A stretch of 54,622 nucleotides of DNA, counting the filler, from Sphacelaria rigidula (Eukaryota): NCBI GenBank assembly GCA_964200075.2. It is 5 parts of 5 records of this genome, joined end to end, with 100 filler letters (N's around TTAATTAATTAA, not from the genome) between each part and the next. Parts side by side here need not be neighbours in the genome. Positions count along the whole stretch, not along the records: positions 43,780 to 54,622 come from CAXNAA020005814.1; 4 more parts are not named here. One strand, 5' to 3'. The position numbers were made by a program, and so were the translations under genes. This document shows positions 51,531 through 54,622 of the stretch, one piece after another. Positions within the stretch are counted from its first letter, which is position 1; every line of letters starts with the position of its first letter. Under the pieces are notes generated by a model. The model made no database searches. It was not told where the DNA came from and saw nothing but the letters and a program-made list of their open reading frames with translations.

Positions 51531-52109
51531 CAAAACCCTGGACAGTAGACTGCACTGTCAAAAAGTGCGCTGCGTACAGTGTGGGCTATTGCATCTATTG
51601 CACTAGACAATTGATTTCATATACGGTACGCAGTACATTCTTCGACAGCGTATTCCATTGTCATCATCCAGGATGTGGAAAACTTACGCTTTCTGATTCA
51701 CCTTGCTGCATGAACGAGAGGGGAGAAGTACAGCATGGACCTGTTATCCATACCGTATTGTTACGACAGTTTAGTACTATACCGTTGTGTGTTGTCCGCT
51801 GCACAAATCGTACAGTACTGCGTATCATGCTGTACTGTACTGTTCTGTTTGCAGACTGCAGTATGCTCTTTCGGGGTATTTCCGCAAAATCACGCAAACA
51901 TGCGGGGACGACTCTTTCAGCACTGGTGCTGTCTGAAGCTGTCTTCGTATCGTTATTTTCTGGCCAACTTAACCATGTCTGTGGTGTCATGTTGTGCTAC
52001 GTGTGGATCCAACTTCTGAAGTTGGATTTGTCGCTTTGGTTCTAGAGGCGTTCGCGACCTGTACGCTCTTATTTGCATACCCTACTTGCATATAGGCCGC
52101 GCTGTCGAA

Positions 52110-52545
52110 CAGTCGAGTCTCATGAAATGACAGGTGTGAGACACGTACCCATAGTTCATGTTACATGAATCTCAAGTGATGGACATATTTTCATACTTCA
52201 TGCCGCATAAATGGAAAGTGGGAAACATGTACGTATGATTCATGCTGCATGAACGTGAAGTGGGGAACATTTATGCTCGATTCACTTCGTGTGGATGGAC
52301 GGTGGGGAACATATACGTATGATAATATGTATGATTCATGCTTCGTGACTGTTGGGTAAGATTCATTTAGGCTTGATTCACGTCGTTTTTGTTTGGAAGG
52401 CGGGGAACATGTAAAGAACATGTACGTTTCATGTGATGTCGCACGAATCACGAGCCTAGAACATATACGAGTCACAAATTATGTACGAGTTATATGATTG
52501 AGTCGTGCAGGTGTTGAATGTGGGACAAGTCATGATTTTATACGT
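52110..52545. repeat. Degenerate ~42-bp tandem repeat, block 2 (same family as block 1)
   Basis: GTGGG(G/A)AACAT at 52218, 52260, 52302; same GATTCATG..CATGAA core. Separated from block 1 by ~580 nt of unrelated sequence. Confidence 0.8.
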
Positions 52546-53502
52546 CCACACCCTGCAATTTTCGCAGAAAATCCCCGTAATCAATTTTGAACGTCTTACG
52601 AGCTGACCGGTCGTCGGAGGTCCCGTCAAGTACGGAGCCTCATCTTCTGGCCATTATATGTTTTGGCTCGATCGAACCAATCCCGGTGGTTGTGGTGAAG
52701 AGTCGTGCAAGCTCAGTTCGTCTTTGTTTCACTCATTTGTTGCACTGCAGCCTGAAAAAAAGCGTGTTTTTGGATTCGTGTACGTGTAGTAACGCTCCCC
52801 AACTGAAGGGGTTTTCACACCGTATGCCACGGACAAAATTAAAGTTAAGAAATCTTTTTTCCGGTGTAAGTACTTGTTTCTTCTGATAATTCCTGCCGAC
52901 TCCCAAAACTTTCGAGTGGAAATGAAGAATGATCCGCCAGAACTTCCGGATTGATTGAATGATCAGTTTGAACGTTGACTTCTACTGTACACCGTGCTTG
53001 ACGGCACTGTGTTCTCTCGCGGGCTGCGGTGAGTGCTAATGGGGTGGGCAGCGAGTAGAGTGGATCGTGTGCTGATGTAACTAACCTAACCCTCTGTGCT
53101 GGATCCGCTTGGTTCTCTGACCGCTGGTCTGAGCGACTGAACTCACTCGTGTGTTGGCATGACATGCACGCGTGCGACGGAGTAGAAGAAAAATACAACA
53201 AATCAAATATACCGGTGCTATAATAGTGTATCTTTCTAGATATCAAACGTGCTCTAAACCGGTCTGTGCTTTTGTGTCGGCTTTTTCCGGCACGAGGCAG
53301 CTAGCTCTTTGTCTCCTCTGTTGAGATTTGCCAAGCATGCTGTACGTGCTCCACTTGAAAATTCTCCACTGGTGAGGCTCCATGGTCTCTGTTTCATGTG
53401 ACGTACATCAAGCTCCCAATAAATGTTCCCGGCAGCACTTGATCTGTCTCGAGTGCTCCAACCACGACCCGAACTAACTTGTCTGCAATTTTCATTTTAC
53501 AG

Positions 53503-53647
53503 GAGAGGCACGGGAGACTGGCCCGGTCCTCGTGATGCAGATCCACAGCAACGAGGTGTGGAAACCATTGAAGTTTTCGTCGAAGGTACTCGTAGTCGGG
53601 ATCGGCGGTTCCTTTCTCCTCGGACCGGCTTACTACGGGCGCTGCAG
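53503..53647 (+). CDS. FAR/acyltransferase fusion, exon E (motif III)
   Basis: ttttacag| and |gtgaga, phase 2/0; IEVFVEGTRSRDRRFLSPRTGLLRALQ is the FxEGTRSR motif. The gene continues beyond the window. Confidence 0.9.
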
Positions 53648-54514
53648 GTGAGAGCACTGGAAGCTTCGACAAGTAAGTATCGTCATCATCCATAACAACT
53701 GCAAGAACGACCGCAACGAAGAAGTAATTTGTACACGTTGTGACTGTCTTGTACGCGTGATAACGCCTTTGACGTTCCAGGCGGTGTGTTGGTCTGTTCA
53801 GTCGGCATCGTTTTTTTCCTCCATTACTTGGAGAATGACTGTTAGACCCTGGTGGCCACCTGTGGACGCTCGGAGGATTAATGTTGAATGTCAACATGGT
53901 GTGGCTCTGCAACATGATCGATTAAGTGATTGATTGTCGCACTTCAACGGACCACCCATGGGTTCAGCCGTGGTCGCAGTATAGACGTACAGTAACCAAG
54001 AAAAGTAAAACTGAAACACTCGCTCAAGAAAAGAATGAACAGAAAAAAGTCGAACAGAACAACATAGTAGACGAAGAGAAGAAGAAACATGAACATGTAC
54101 ATGGGACAAATTAATGTATATCCCTCCGGAAGGGGAGTGTCTACGGTAGCAACATGCCGTAGAATGGATGGTCAACATCCCTGAGTGGTCATTTTTCTGG
54201 ACCCGAACCTTCCATCACCACCATGGGGTGTCGTTACCCATGGAGGGTGTTCGTATACTAGGCACGGCTCGTATACTGTGCTGTACACCATATCGTACGG
54301 AATCTTTGCTATGGTGCTAACTTTCAAGGCGACTTTGTCCATTTCCTCGTTCATTGATTTTTATGTCGATCGGAAATCAAAACGGTAAACACAGAAATGA
54401 AAAACATGTCCTATTTACGGTAGATACTGCATGGCTTTTGAATCACCGGGGTAATAGTACTGTGAACAGTTACCGTTCACAAGGTGTTACTGTACTTTTT
54501 TCGCACCTCTTGGG

Positions 54515-54518
<4 letters not shown>

Positions 54519-54563
<45 letters not shown>
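54519..54563. repeat. Poly-G homopolymer (45 nt)
   Basis: Uninterrupted G run near the contig end; a poly-C run also occurs at ~23849-23879. Confidence 0.9.
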
Positions 54564-54565
<2 letters not shown>

Positions 54566-54622
54566 CCTCCGGTCTTGTTTGTTTTTTTGGGTGTGGTATG
54601 AAATAAAAAAAAAGGGTGGTTG

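Noticed and set aside
54519-54563. Poly-G (and poly-C at ~23849-23879) as functional G-quadruplex elements
   Set aside because: They lie next to a contig end or gap, homopolymer length is unreliable, and they may be sequencing artefacts.

Overview
This is eukaryotic, repeat-rich genomic DNA, most consistent with a brown alga or similar stramenopile. That taxon call is an inference from the long GT-AG introns, GC-rich exons with low-complexity insertions and the transposon types. The window is not one locus. It is five unrelated contigs of near-identical, descending length (10845, 10845, 10845, 10844, 10843 nt) joined by an artificial 100-nt linker (N44-TTAATTAATTAA-N44). Contig 1 (1-10845) holds a frameshifted Ty3/Gypsy retrotransposon with a chromodomain (- strand). 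Next to or inside its 3' LTR is a ~22-unit array of conserved repeats with unique spacers (CAATATATATTG-N6-CAATAT-N18, ~42-nt period), the most unusual object in the window. Contig 2 has 5' exons of coatomer delta-COP, a hAT-like MITE and decayed transposase sequence. Contig 3 has exons of a SAP30BP/HCNGP-like gene, LINE relics with a nested foldback element, and a 42-bp minisatellite. Contig 4 has the 3' exons of a Tctex1/DYNLT dynein light chain, a hAT-like element, a Copia relic and several MITEs. Contig 5 has five phase-compatible exons of an apparent fatty acyl-CoA reductase / PlsB-type acyltransferase fusion gene and a third ~42-bp array. Most entries in the ORF track are spurious.
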